From: an uncultured cyanobacterium
Lineage (GTDB): Bacteria > Cyanobacteriota > Cyanobacteriia > PCC-9006 > JAAUQQ01
DNA: 64,000 nt
Assembly (NCBI GenBank): GCA_963718615.1
Contig: OY970368.1
Location: forward strand, 1,280,001-1,344,000
Direction of reading: 5' to 3'
A program made the translations under genes and the position numbers. Positions 42,901 to 50,242 of this stretch are shown piece after piece (position 1 is the stretch's first letter; every line of letters starts with the position of its first letter). The notes beneath the pieces were generated by a model. That model worked only from the letters and a program-made list of their open reading frames with translations, searched no databases and was not told the origin of the DNA.

Positions 42901-44089
42901 CACCGCCCACATCTCCTACGCCCTCGGCATCGCCCTAGGCCGCTTCGGCCCCAACGGCGAAGGCATCCTCTCCCCAGCCTCCAATCCCCAAACACCCAAC
43001 CGACCCTCAAACGCCACGATCCCCCTTTCCAAGGGGGACCTAGGGGGTCGCCTTGCCGCTTCAGACACCGAGCCAACCGAAGCCCTCCCCCACGGCATCC
43101 TCTACCTCTCCGCCTACTCCGGCGATCGCCCCGACAGCCCCGACAACCTCAACCACCCCGCCTGCGCCCCCCTCCGCACCGCCTGGGAGCAGCACCGTCG
43201 CGACATCGATCGCAAAAAAAACCTCCACACCTGGCTCCGCGAAAAATTCTTCAGCGACTGCCACCTCAAACAATACGAACAACGCCCCATCTACCTCCCC
43301 CTCAGCTCCGACAAAAAGAACTTCGTCGCCCACCTCTCCATCCACCGCTGGACCAACACCAGCCTCCAAACCCTGATCGCCGACCACCTCCGCCCCGACC
43401 TCACCCTCCTCGAAGGCGAACTCGCCGACCTCGGCAGCGCCCTTAGCCCCAGCAATCTCCAAGGCAGCACCCAAGACCAAGCCAAAGCCGAAAAACGCCG
43501 CAACGACCTCCTCGCCCTCCGCCAAGAACTCGAAGCCTTCATCCGCCTCGTCCAGCAATGCGCCGAACAAGGCCCACCCCCCGCCAGCCCCAAAGACCCC
43601 CCCCGCGAAACCAACGCCCGCTTCATCATGGACCTCGACGACGGCGTCATGATCAACAGCGCCGCCCTCTGGCCCCTGCTCGAACCCCAAGGCTGGAAAA
43701 AACCCAAAACCTGGTGGAGCGAACTCTGCACCGCCAACGGCAAAAAAGACTACGACTGGAGCCACCTCGCCGCCCGCTACTTCCCCAGCCGCGTCGATGG
43801 CAAATGCCGCACCGACCCCAGCCTCGCCGTCGCCCACGGCTGCTTCTGGCGCTACCACCCCGCCAAAGCCTACGAATGGGAACTGCGCCTCCAAGACGAA
43901 ATCGGCCCCCACTTCACCCTCGACGAACCCGACTCCACCCCCTGCCGCCAGGACTTTGAAACCAATCACCCCGACCAAGCCGCAGAATTAAAGGAGAAAG
44001 AAACCAAACGCCGGGAGCGCAAACACAAAAAAGAAGACAAAGACCCACACTCAACCTCAAACGAAGCCCAACTCGCCCTCAACCTTTAA
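39917..44089 (+). CDS. pglX: BREX adenine-specific DNA methyltransferase PglX
   Basis: LGWVYQYWN, TQMFTERYMV, ILDPACGSGHFL, VVGNPPY, ADLYAAF, DLDDGVMIN. Confidence 0.95.
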   Translation: MTAAVALLTADAKTKLSSTIRGLRDRLLTDLHNAADSAYKLSIRDRTQAGLTEAQRRKRQRLEEWLDEQLRAELGKQTPVKGKPVKPPTKAAERQIWERHLRDAEKLAAATLLNRLVVIKQLEAMGEIKPKVVTGGWESPGYRDFRDFAPELCRADAGDGTEGYSFLLQLLFDELALELPGLFGPVGQMTGLTELFPVPEATLRHVVEQLNQPELESAWGDDTTLGWVYQYWNDPEREALDAKLNGGGKVEPHEVASKTQMFTERYMVEWLLQNSLGQQWLAICAGNGWVPWVESEGVLARLAARRAEWRAKREAGEVALDALMPIETALEGRWKYWVEQPGVRGSQSLTSIRDIKILDPACGSGHFLVIAFDLLVALYEEEARHRGVDWSGAEIGEWILANNLHGLDLDPRAVQIAAAGLFLKARGLGARVSRLNLVASSLSLATLPGDDPARVALQVEVEAATGIPAQLTEQIVAALAGADAWGSLLRVDEAVDRAIREFEAGVQLELGAGAPLSRQEQAAGRGVGGEGLRALLVERLEAFLARCTRSDDLGLRLRGEQLAAGVRFIRLVREGAYDLVVGNPPYQGSSKMAEDGYLKRHYPRGKADLYAAFLERGLQLAKPGGLSALLTMRNWMFISQYSAIREYLIDNFDLRSLGDFDRGAFDEVPNEVLAVVMSVFRNQPPSGELSVALQPTPFDDLSYDRQRTNRKRAAVLAQLGRFEFRSDRFEAIKEKPLIYWWDEEFLKRYAETSKVGEEAPVKFGANTGNNSRFIRSPWEVQSNSIYAVKTFATNALSSTFRWVPYIKGAAGKVWFENLSHIIKWQQQALELKVSVVHNYGEAGLNWKICNSQYYFEPGIAFVMIGAGFSARAHRYKSVIDSMGTSVFSNDLSEVTCLLNSYLSKTIATALNPSIHFQVGDVNRLPLFPIESADEIFIQLDRAFTQHEAARETSIEFKQPGPTCWPYAQTWAQQAVDRPAGTPLPEWQPEYENPEPTAHISYALGIALGRFGPNGEGILSPASNPQTPNRPSNATIPLSKGDLGGRLAASDTEPTEALPHGILYLSAYSGDRPDSPDNLNHPACAPLRTAWEQHRRDIDRKKNLHTWLREKFFSDCHLKQYEQRPIYLPLSSDKKNFVAHLSIHRWTNTSLQTLIADHLRPDLTLLEGELADLGSALSPSNLQGSTQDQAKAEKRRNDLLALRQELEAFIRLVQQCAEQGPPPASPKDPPRETNARFIMDLDDGVMINSAALWPLLEPQGWKKPKTWWSELCTANGKKDYDWSHLAARYFPSRVDGKCRTDPSLAVAHGCFWRYHPAKAYEWELRLQDEIGPHFTLDEPDSTPCRQDFETNHPDQAAELKEKETKRRERKHKKEDKDPHSTSNEAQLALNL

Positions 44090-44093
44090 GACC

Positions 44094-44124
44094 GTAGGCT
44101 GGGTTGAGCCCCGCGAAACCCAGC
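44094..44124 (+). repeat. GTAG-type REP-like palindrome
   Basis: GTAGGCTGGGTTGAGCCCCGCGAAACCCAGC, stem GCTGGGTT/AACCCAGC, immediately after the pglX stop. Confidence 0.7.
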
Positions 44125-44158
44125 AATGCCATCGTTTAGAACCGTTTAGCCAGCCACC

Positions 44159-44417
44159 ATGCCAGCCAGAGACCTTTTCCATAATGCAGTCGTTCACGCC
44201 CTTCAAAAAGACGGGTGGACTATCACCGACGATCCCCTTACGATTCGCTATGGTAAAGATCGTGTCTCCATCGACCTGGGTGCAGAACGACTCCTGGCAG
44301 CAGAACGCGGAAACGAGAAAATAGCAGTAGAGATCAAAAGCTTCCTTTGAGCAATATCAAGTCCAGTTACTTGTTTACGATCCAGATCAGGAGGTTATTA
44401 CTCAATGGCAAGCTTAG
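44159..44417 (+). pseudogene. xisH: XisH pseudogene (internal deletion)
   Basis: MPARDLFH..V..ALQKDGWTITDDPL...IDLGAE...IAVEIKSFL* then out-of-frame C-terminus YQVQLLVYDPDQEVITQW. Confidence 0.85.
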
Positions 44418-44788
44418 AAACAACACCAGCAAGCACAAGCACAAGCACAAGCACAAGCACAATCGAAACCTATCGCCAGTGCATTCAAGCCCTGCTAAAA
44501 GAATATGGGCAACCCCCAAAGAATGATCATGATATCCAGACGCAACTCATCTTCGATACGACCCATGACCACTACCAACTGCTAGAAGTGGGTTGGGAAA
44601 ACGAAGAACGCATCTATAACTGCATCATGCATCTCGATATTCGAGATAGAAAAATCTGGATTCAGCGCAATATGACAGATATTAGCCTTGCTAAGAGGTT
44701 GGTTGATGAAGGGATTCCTAAAACTGATATTGTGCTCGGCCTGCATCCCCCCAAGAGGCGGCCCTATACAGAATACGGTGTCGCTTAA
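44405..44788 (+). CDS. xisI: XisI family protein
   Basis: LIFDTTHDHYQLLEVGW...MHLDIRDRKIWIQRNMT...GIPKTDIVLGLHPP; CAAGCA tandem repeat (STSTST) near the N-terminus. Confidence 0.9.
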   Translation: MASLETTPASTSTSTSTSTIETYRQCIQALLKEYGQPPKNDHDIQTQLIFDTTHDHYQLLEVGWENEERIYNCIMHLDIRDRKIWIQRNMTDISLAKRLVDEGIPKTDIVLGLHPPKRRPYTEYGVA

Positions 44789-44804
44789 GCTTAAAACTAC
44801 AACC

Positions 44805-45008
44805 ATGACAAGCAAACAGACTACATCCCCGCCAGACAACTCAAATGAGCAGCTCCTGCTCAAATACTGGCGATTGCTGCCCGAAACACATCAGCAATAC
44901 GTCATCGACTATGCCGAATTCCTAAGGCAAAAGTATGGCTCAAAGACTGACTCTGCTGAAGCAAAGGAAAACATAACCGAGCCTAACCCAAATCCTACCA
45001 ATCTATAA
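44805..45008 (+). CDS. Small DUF2281-like antitoxin-type protein
   Basis: EQLLLKYWRLLPETHQQYVIDYAEFLRQK helical motif. Confidence 0.6.
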   Translation: MTSKQTTSPPDNSNEQLLLKYWRLLPETHQQYVIDYAEFLRQKYGSKTDSAEAKENITEPNPNPTNL

Positions 45009-45053
45009 CAGTTTTCTGATGCCATCTCACTTCAACTTTGAGGATATATTGTC

Positions 45054-45464
45054 ATGATTCCGATTCAACTCAACCTACCTGAAAGTATCACTTCCATCAC
45101 TAAAGGTACACCAGAGGAGTTTGTACAGGAGCTACGCTTGGCTGCTGCTGTCAAGTGGTACGAAGTCGGAACCGTATCTGAGTCACAAGCTTGTGAAATT
45201 GCTGGCATTAGTTGCCAAGCCTTTCGAGAAGCCCTCGATCGCTTTGGCGTCTCCCCTTATGTTGTCGGCGTTCGACAAGCCATCCTCAAGCAGATTGGCG
45301 ACTCCCCCTTGCCAGTCAGCCCCGAGGAGCTGGAATCAGAGATCTCTTGTCCTCCGCTCTCTGGGCCATTAACTCGCTTCATTGGTGCAGCTAAAGGAAA
45401 TTACAAGTCTGTGGAAGAGATTGACCAATTCATCCGTGAGGAACGTGATTCATGGAAATTCTGA
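45054..45464 (+). CDS. UPF0175-domain antitoxin with an extra C-terminal VapB-like segment
   Basis: ELRLAAAVKWYE.G.VS...A.EIAGIS; C-terminal IGAAKGNYKSVEEIDQFIREERDSW. Confidence 0.75.
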   Translation: MIPIQLNLPESITSITKGTPEEFVQELRLAAAVKWYEVGTVSESQACEIAGISCQAFREALDRFGVSPYVVGVRQAILKQIGDSPLPVSPEELESEISCPPLSGPLTRFIGAAKGNYKSVEEIDQFIREERDSWKF

Positions 45465-45904
45465 ATCTTCTCCAGGGCGATCGCATCTACCTAGACACCA
45501 ACATATGGATCTATGCACTAGAAGAAGTTCCTGAGTTTTCCCAGTCCCTAATGGCCATCTTTCAGGCCATTGAACAAGAAACCATCACAGCGCTCACAAG
45601 TGAACTGTCCTTGGCCGAAGCCCTGGTTCGACCCATTAAAAATTCCAAGCCCCGTGACCAAGACATGTATAAACAAGCTATCGTCAGCGCTGGGAATCTA
45701 CAGGTCATGCCAGTTGATCGGACGATTCTGATCCGAGCGGCTCACGTGAGAGCTGAAACCAAATTGAAGCTCCCGGATGCCATTCATGCGGCAACCGCTC
45801 TATTTACCCAATGCACAACCTTCTTGACCAACGATAAGCAGCTCGGAGCCATCCCCGACATCACAGTCCTTCTCCTCTCCCAGCTCAACGCCGAATCGAC
45901 CTAG
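45452..45904 (+). CDS. VapC-like PIN domain toxin
   Basis: IYLDTNIWIY, SELSLAEALV.P, LKLPDAIHAATA, FLTND. Confidence 0.92.
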   Translation: MEILNLLQGDRIYLDTNIWIYALEEVPEFSQSLMAIFQAIEQETITALTSELSLAEALVRPIKNSKPRDQDMYKQAIVSAGNLQVMPVDRTILIRAAHVRAETKLKLPDAIHAATALFTQCTTFLTNDKQLGAIPDITVLLLSQLNAEST

Positions 45905-45909
45905 AATTA

Positions 45910-48852
45910 ATGCCCCAACTCGGCCCCATCACCCAAACACTCGAAGAAGAAATCAAACGAGACCTACGCCAGCAGGGCCTCATCATCTGGCTCGACAAAG
46001 ACGCCCACTACAGCGCCTACGTAGACCAGCTGATCGATCGCCATGCCCACAACGACTTCTTCGCCCCCGTCATCGCCTTTCGCGGCAGCTACCTCCAGCT
46101 TCTCTTCGACCTCGAAACCTACGGCAACGGCCTTGACCCGGATCGCCTCCTCATCCACATGCCCGGCCACAGCGAAGAAACCATCCGCAAAACCCCCCTC
46201 CTAGAGCTATACCTCCCCGGCAAACGCTTCCGCAAAGCCCTCCCCACCCTCGTCCGCGAGGCCGCCACCGGACGCCTCGCCCCCGATGAGATCGAAACCT
46301 ACCTCACCCACGGCCTCACCGACCTGGCCAGCGCCGAAACCTGGCTCACCACAGCCATCGCCCAACGCCAAGGCCACAACGACCCACACCGCAGCGACCT
46401 GGAAAACTACCTCAGTGGCCTCAGCCTAGAATGGATCCTCGAAGGAGCCCTGGGCCTCCACCCCGAATTTCAACAGCGCGTCAACAGCCTTGAACTGGGC
46501 CTAGAACTCGCCCAATACCTCACCCGCCACACCGGATTTAGCGATGAGTTTAGACGGTTTTACCTCAGTGACCGCACCGGTTCCCGCACCACCGGCTCCA
46601 TCGCCGAAGCCTTCACCGCCTGGCTGATGTGCGTCGAATACGTCCAGGATCTCCAGCGTGAGCCCCACCTCCCCGAACTCCAACCCCTCACCCAGCTCTC
46701 CGCTCCCCTCCGCCAAACCTGCCTGAACTTGGTCCATCACCTGCGGGACAAGCAACCCAAAACCTATCGCCAGCTCGCCCTACGCGTCGAAGGCCACCTC
46801 GAAAAAGAAATCGACCAAGTCGAAGCCACAGACCTCGGCAAGATCGACACCTTCCGCTGGGAAGAAAACAAAATCCTCGACAGCGCCCTAGCCGCCCTCG
46901 ACAGCGCCCACTGGCAGACCGTCCTCAATGCCTCCAGCCCCCGCATCGATAACAAATCCTTCTGGCTCAGCCAAGACCCCGAACGCGCCCAGGAATGGAG
47001 CCTAATCCACAGCGCCGCCCTCTTGGGCACCCGCCTGCGCGCCGCCCCCGATCCCCTGGCCGATAGCCTTAGTCTCGCGGATGCGATCGCCGTCTATACC
47101 GAAACCGCCTACCGCGTAGACCAAGCCCACCGCCAATTCGAACAGCAACGGGCCAAGCTCTTCGACTCCGCCTTGCCCCACTTCAGCCAGCTCCTCAGCG
47201 CCGCCGAAGCTCTGCGGGCCGAGTACCGTGCCTGGGCTGACCGGTTGTGCGATCGCTTCTGCCAGCTCTGCCAAGACCAAGGCTTCCTGCCCGAACCCCA
47301 CCTGCAACAGCGCCACCTCTTTGACCAAGTCGTGCTACCCCTGACCACAACCCACGGCGGTCGTAAGCCCACCAAAGTCGCCTACTTCCTGATTGATGCC
47401 TTCCGTTACGAAATGGCCGCCGAACTGCTGCCCCAACTGGAAGGCCCCAACCAAAACAGCGGAATTCAGGCCCATCTCAAAGCTCGCTATGCCGAACTGC
47501 CGACCATCACCGCTGTCGGGATGAACCTGCTGGCTCCGGTGAGCAGCGGCGGCAAGCTCACTGTTGCAGGAACAGACAAAAAGTTTGCTGGGTTTAAGAC
47601 CGGAGAATATACCGTTAAAGACCCCAAGAGCCGGGAGCGAGCCATGGGCGATCGCGCTGTAGGCAAACACGGCACAGTCATGCTGAAGCTAGATGAAGTG
47701 AGCGGCCTAGACCATACAACCCTCGATCGAAAATGTGACAAAGCCCAGCTCATTATTGTTCACAGTAAAGAGATCGACGACGCAGGAGAAGCCAACGTTG
47801 GCCCCCTCGCCTTTGCTGAGTTGCTCAAGCAAATCAAGTCTGCTTGCAATCGATTAAGGGCGATCGGCATTGGCGAATTTGTCCTCACCGCCGACCATGG
47901 CTTCTTACTGCAAGAAGAGACCTTTAGCAGCGTGGACCAAGGCACGAAGAAAACCCCGGAGCGTCGATACGCTTTCTCCCTCCATCCTGAACAGGGTAAC
48001 AAAAAGCTTTCGGTTTCCCTCGGCAGCCTGGGCTATCTAGATAAAAATGGGGGCAAAGAGGGCCATTTGATTTTCCTGCGCAGCACCGAGGTCTTCACCA
48101 CCGGCACCAAGGGCGCAAAATTTGTCCATGGCGGCAACAGCCTCCAGGAGCGTGTTATTCCGGTGTTGACCCTTTCGACGCGAAAACAGGCCCCGCTCAA
48201 TCTGCTGCGCTATCGCATTGAACTCGAAGCGGGCGAGAGCGTCATGAACCTGCAACGCTTGCAAGTCAGCATCAAGTCTGCGGCGGAGGCCCAGGGCGTG
48301 CTCGATTTCACCCATCCTCAGAAAAAAATTAGCTTGGGACTGCGGGTGCGCGATCGCGCCGATATCCAGGTCCGCATCAAGGGAGTCACCGCCGCAGAAA
48401 TGGCCAACCAGCAAATCTTGCTCGCCCCCAACGCCGACAAACCCGCCGAAATCTTCTTCGACCTCACCGGCCCCTACGACGAGCGCGTCCAGCTAGAGGC
48501 CTACCATCCCGACGGCATCGAAGAGGTTGAAGCCTGTCTCTCCCAAGCCTTTTTCCCAGTTGCAGGGGCACCAATTGAGAAAACAGAAGATTCAAAATCT
48601 AAGACGGTTGCACCCAAACCTCCCCCTGTTGCCACGGGCTGGATCGACAACTTCGAAGATGAGTCCCTCCAAAAGGTTTTCCGCCACATCGAAGACCATG
48701 GCTCACTTCATGAAACAGAACTGATTCAGATGCTAGGTAGTGCTCGAAAAGCTCGAATGTTCTCCAGGGAAATTGATAACTATCAACTCAAAATTCCTTT
48801 CACGATTCGTAGTGAATCCACTGCCTCCGGTAAGCGATACGTCAAAAACTAG
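45910..48852 (+). CDS. pglZ: BREX PglZ-domain phosphatase/nuclease
   Basis: YFLIDAFRYE, ELPTITAVGMN, EIDDAGE, LTADHGF, FVHGGNSLQERVIPV. Confidence 0.93.
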   Translation: MPQLGPITQTLEEEIKRDLRQQGLIIWLDKDAHYSAYVDQLIDRHAHNDFFAPVIAFRGSYLQLLFDLETYGNGLDPDRLLIHMPGHSEETIRKTPLLELYLPGKRFRKALPTLVREAATGRLAPDEIETYLTHGLTDLASAETWLTTAIAQRQGHNDPHRSDLENYLSGLSLEWILEGALGLHPEFQQRVNSLELGLELAQYLTRHTGFSDEFRRFYLSDRTGSRTTGSIAEAFTAWLMCVEYVQDLQREPHLPELQPLTQLSAPLRQTCLNLVHHLRDKQPKTYRQLALRVEGHLEKEIDQVEATDLGKIDTFRWEENKILDSALAALDSAHWQTVLNASSPRIDNKSFWLSQDPERAQEWSLIHSAALLGTRLRAAPDPLADSLSLADAIAVYTETAYRVDQAHRQFEQQRAKLFDSALPHFSQLLSAAEALRAEYRAWADRLCDRFCQLCQDQGFLPEPHLQQRHLFDQVVLPLTTTHGGRKPTKVAYFLIDAFRYEMAAELLPQLEGPNQNSGIQAHLKARYAELPTITAVGMNLLAPVSSGGKLTVAGTDKKFAGFKTGEYTVKDPKSRERAMGDRAVGKHGTVMLKLDEVSGLDHTTLDRKCDKAQLIIVHSKEIDDAGEANVGPLAFAELLKQIKSACNRLRAIGIGEFVLTADHGFLLQEETFSSVDQGTKKTPERRYAFSLHPEQGNKKLSVSLGSLGYLDKNGGKEGHLIFLRSTEVFTTGTKGAKFVHGGNSLQERVIPVLTLSTRKQAPLNLLRYRIELEAGESVMNLQRLQVSIKSAAEAQGVLDFTHPQKKISLGLRVRDRADIQVRIKGVTAAEMANQQILLAPNADKPAEIFFDLTGPYDERVQLEAYHPDGIEEVEACLSQAFFPVAGAPIEKTEDSKSKTVAPKPPPVATGWIDNFEDESLQKVFRHIEDHGSLHETELIQMLGSARKARMFSREIDNYQLKIPFTIRSESTASGKRYVKN

Positions 48853-48899
48853 GTCCTTGTCTCGTAGGTTTCTATTCCTGTTGTTTCCCTCTGGTTATC

Positions 48900-50228
48900 A
48901 TGACTATCTCCCAACGCGACATTGAACATATCTTCGAGCGCCTGCGCTCCGGCGTGGTCCCCGAGCGGGGCTTAGAGGCCTTCGCCGTTGGCATCGACAA
49001 ACAGCGCAATGAAATCCATCGGCAATTGAGTCTGGCAGGCGATCGCGAAGGCGTCTTCAAATTCCTGCGGGGCGGCTACGGCTGCGGCAAGACCTTCATG
49101 TCCCAGCTCACCGTCCTCGATGCCCAAACCCAGGGCTTCGCCACCAGTTTCATCGTCGTCTCCGACAACGACCTCCACTTCTACAAGTTCGACGACGTTT
49201 ACCGCAAAATCGTCCAGGAGCTGGGCACGAATCAATGCCCCAAAGGAGCCCTCAACGACATTATCGATCGCTGGATCGGCAGCGTCGAAGATGCCCTGAT
49301 CGATGGCGGAGCCAACGAAGACAGCGATGACTTCGATGCCCAGGTCAAACAGCGCCTGGAAGAAGACCTCGCCTCCATGACCAACGGCAAAGCCCCCGAA
49401 GACATGGCCCGCGTTCTCCGCGCCATCTTCGAACTCAAACAAGCAGGCAAACTAGCCGAAGCCAGTGCCCTGATCTCCTGGCTCTCCGGCAGTGAGAACG
49501 TCGCCGCCACAGCCAAAAAAGTGGCAGGCATCAAAGGCGACATCGGCAGCCGCGAAGCCCTCGACTACCTCCAGGGCATCCTCGCCATCACCCGCGCCGC
49601 TGGCTACCAGGGCCTCGTCATCGTCATCGACGAAGCCGAAACCATCCTGCGGATGCGCAATGACGTGCGCGGCAAATCCCTCAACGGCATTCGCCAAATC
49701 TGCGACGCCGCCGATAAATACCCTGGTCTGCTCTGGGTCTTCACCGGCACCCCCGAATTCTTCGACACCAAGCGCGGCGTTGCCGGACTTCAGCCCCTGA
49801 ACGACCGCATTGAGTTCCTCTCTGGCTCGAAAGACAACAGATTTTCCAATCCTCGCCAGCCTCAGCTCGAACTCAAACCCTTCGATGCAGCACGCCTAAA
49901 AGAAGTCGCCCTCAAGCTGCGAGAAATCTACCCCACCCAAGATCAAGCCTTGCTGCGCACAAAAGTCCCCGTTGAATTTATTGAACGGCTGGTGGAGCAA
50001 GTGACAGCGGGCTTCAAAGGGGATGTCGGTGTGGTCCCCCGTCAGTTTCTGCGCCGCTTTGTCAATGTTCTAGATTTGGTGATTCAGAACCCGGACTACA
50101 ACCCCATGGCCGAGGAAGGCTTTGAGCCCGTCGATCCCACTGAAGACGAACAGCGTATCCAGGAAGGCAAACCGCCCTATGACCCTGAGCCCGAGGATGA
50201 AAAGGGCTATGAATTGGTTGAATTTTAG
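48900..50228 (+). CDS. brxD: BREX ATP-binding protein BrxD
   Basis: LRSGVVPERGL, RGGYGCGKTF, IVIDEAE, GTPEFF, PRQFLR. Confidence 0.93.
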   Translation: MTISQRDIEHIFERLRSGVVPERGLEAFAVGIDKQRNEIHRQLSLAGDREGVFKFLRGGYGCGKTFMSQLTVLDAQTQGFATSFIVVSDNDLHFYKFDDVYRKIVQELGTNQCPKGALNDIIDRWIGSVEDALIDGGANEDSDDFDAQVKQRLEEDLASMTNGKAPEDMARVLRAIFELKQAGKLAEASALISWLSGSENVAATAKKVAGIKGDIGSREALDYLQGILAITRAAGYQGLVIVIDEAETILRMRNDVRGKSLNGIRQICDAADKYPGLLWVFTGTPEFFDTKRGVAGLQPLNDRIEFLSGSKDNRFSNPRQPQLELKPFDAARLKEVALKLREIYPTQDQALLRTKVPVEFIERLVEQVTAGFKGDVGVVPRQFLRRFVNVLDLVIQNPDYNPMAEEGFEPVDPTEDEQRIQEGKPPYDPEPEDEKGYELVEF

Positions 50229-50242
50229 GGAGGAGCGAAGTC

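Noticed and set aside
43214-43221. A8 run in pglX as a phase-variation tract
   Set aside because: Short, in frame and unremarkable in this C/A-rich tract; no invertase or duplicate pglX fragment seen
43061-43978. 305-aa antisense ORF and other long Pro/Arg-rich alternative ORFs over pglX, pglZ, brxD and brxHI
   Set aside because: Shadow frames produced by the extreme C/G skew, which removes stop codons; no recognisable motifs
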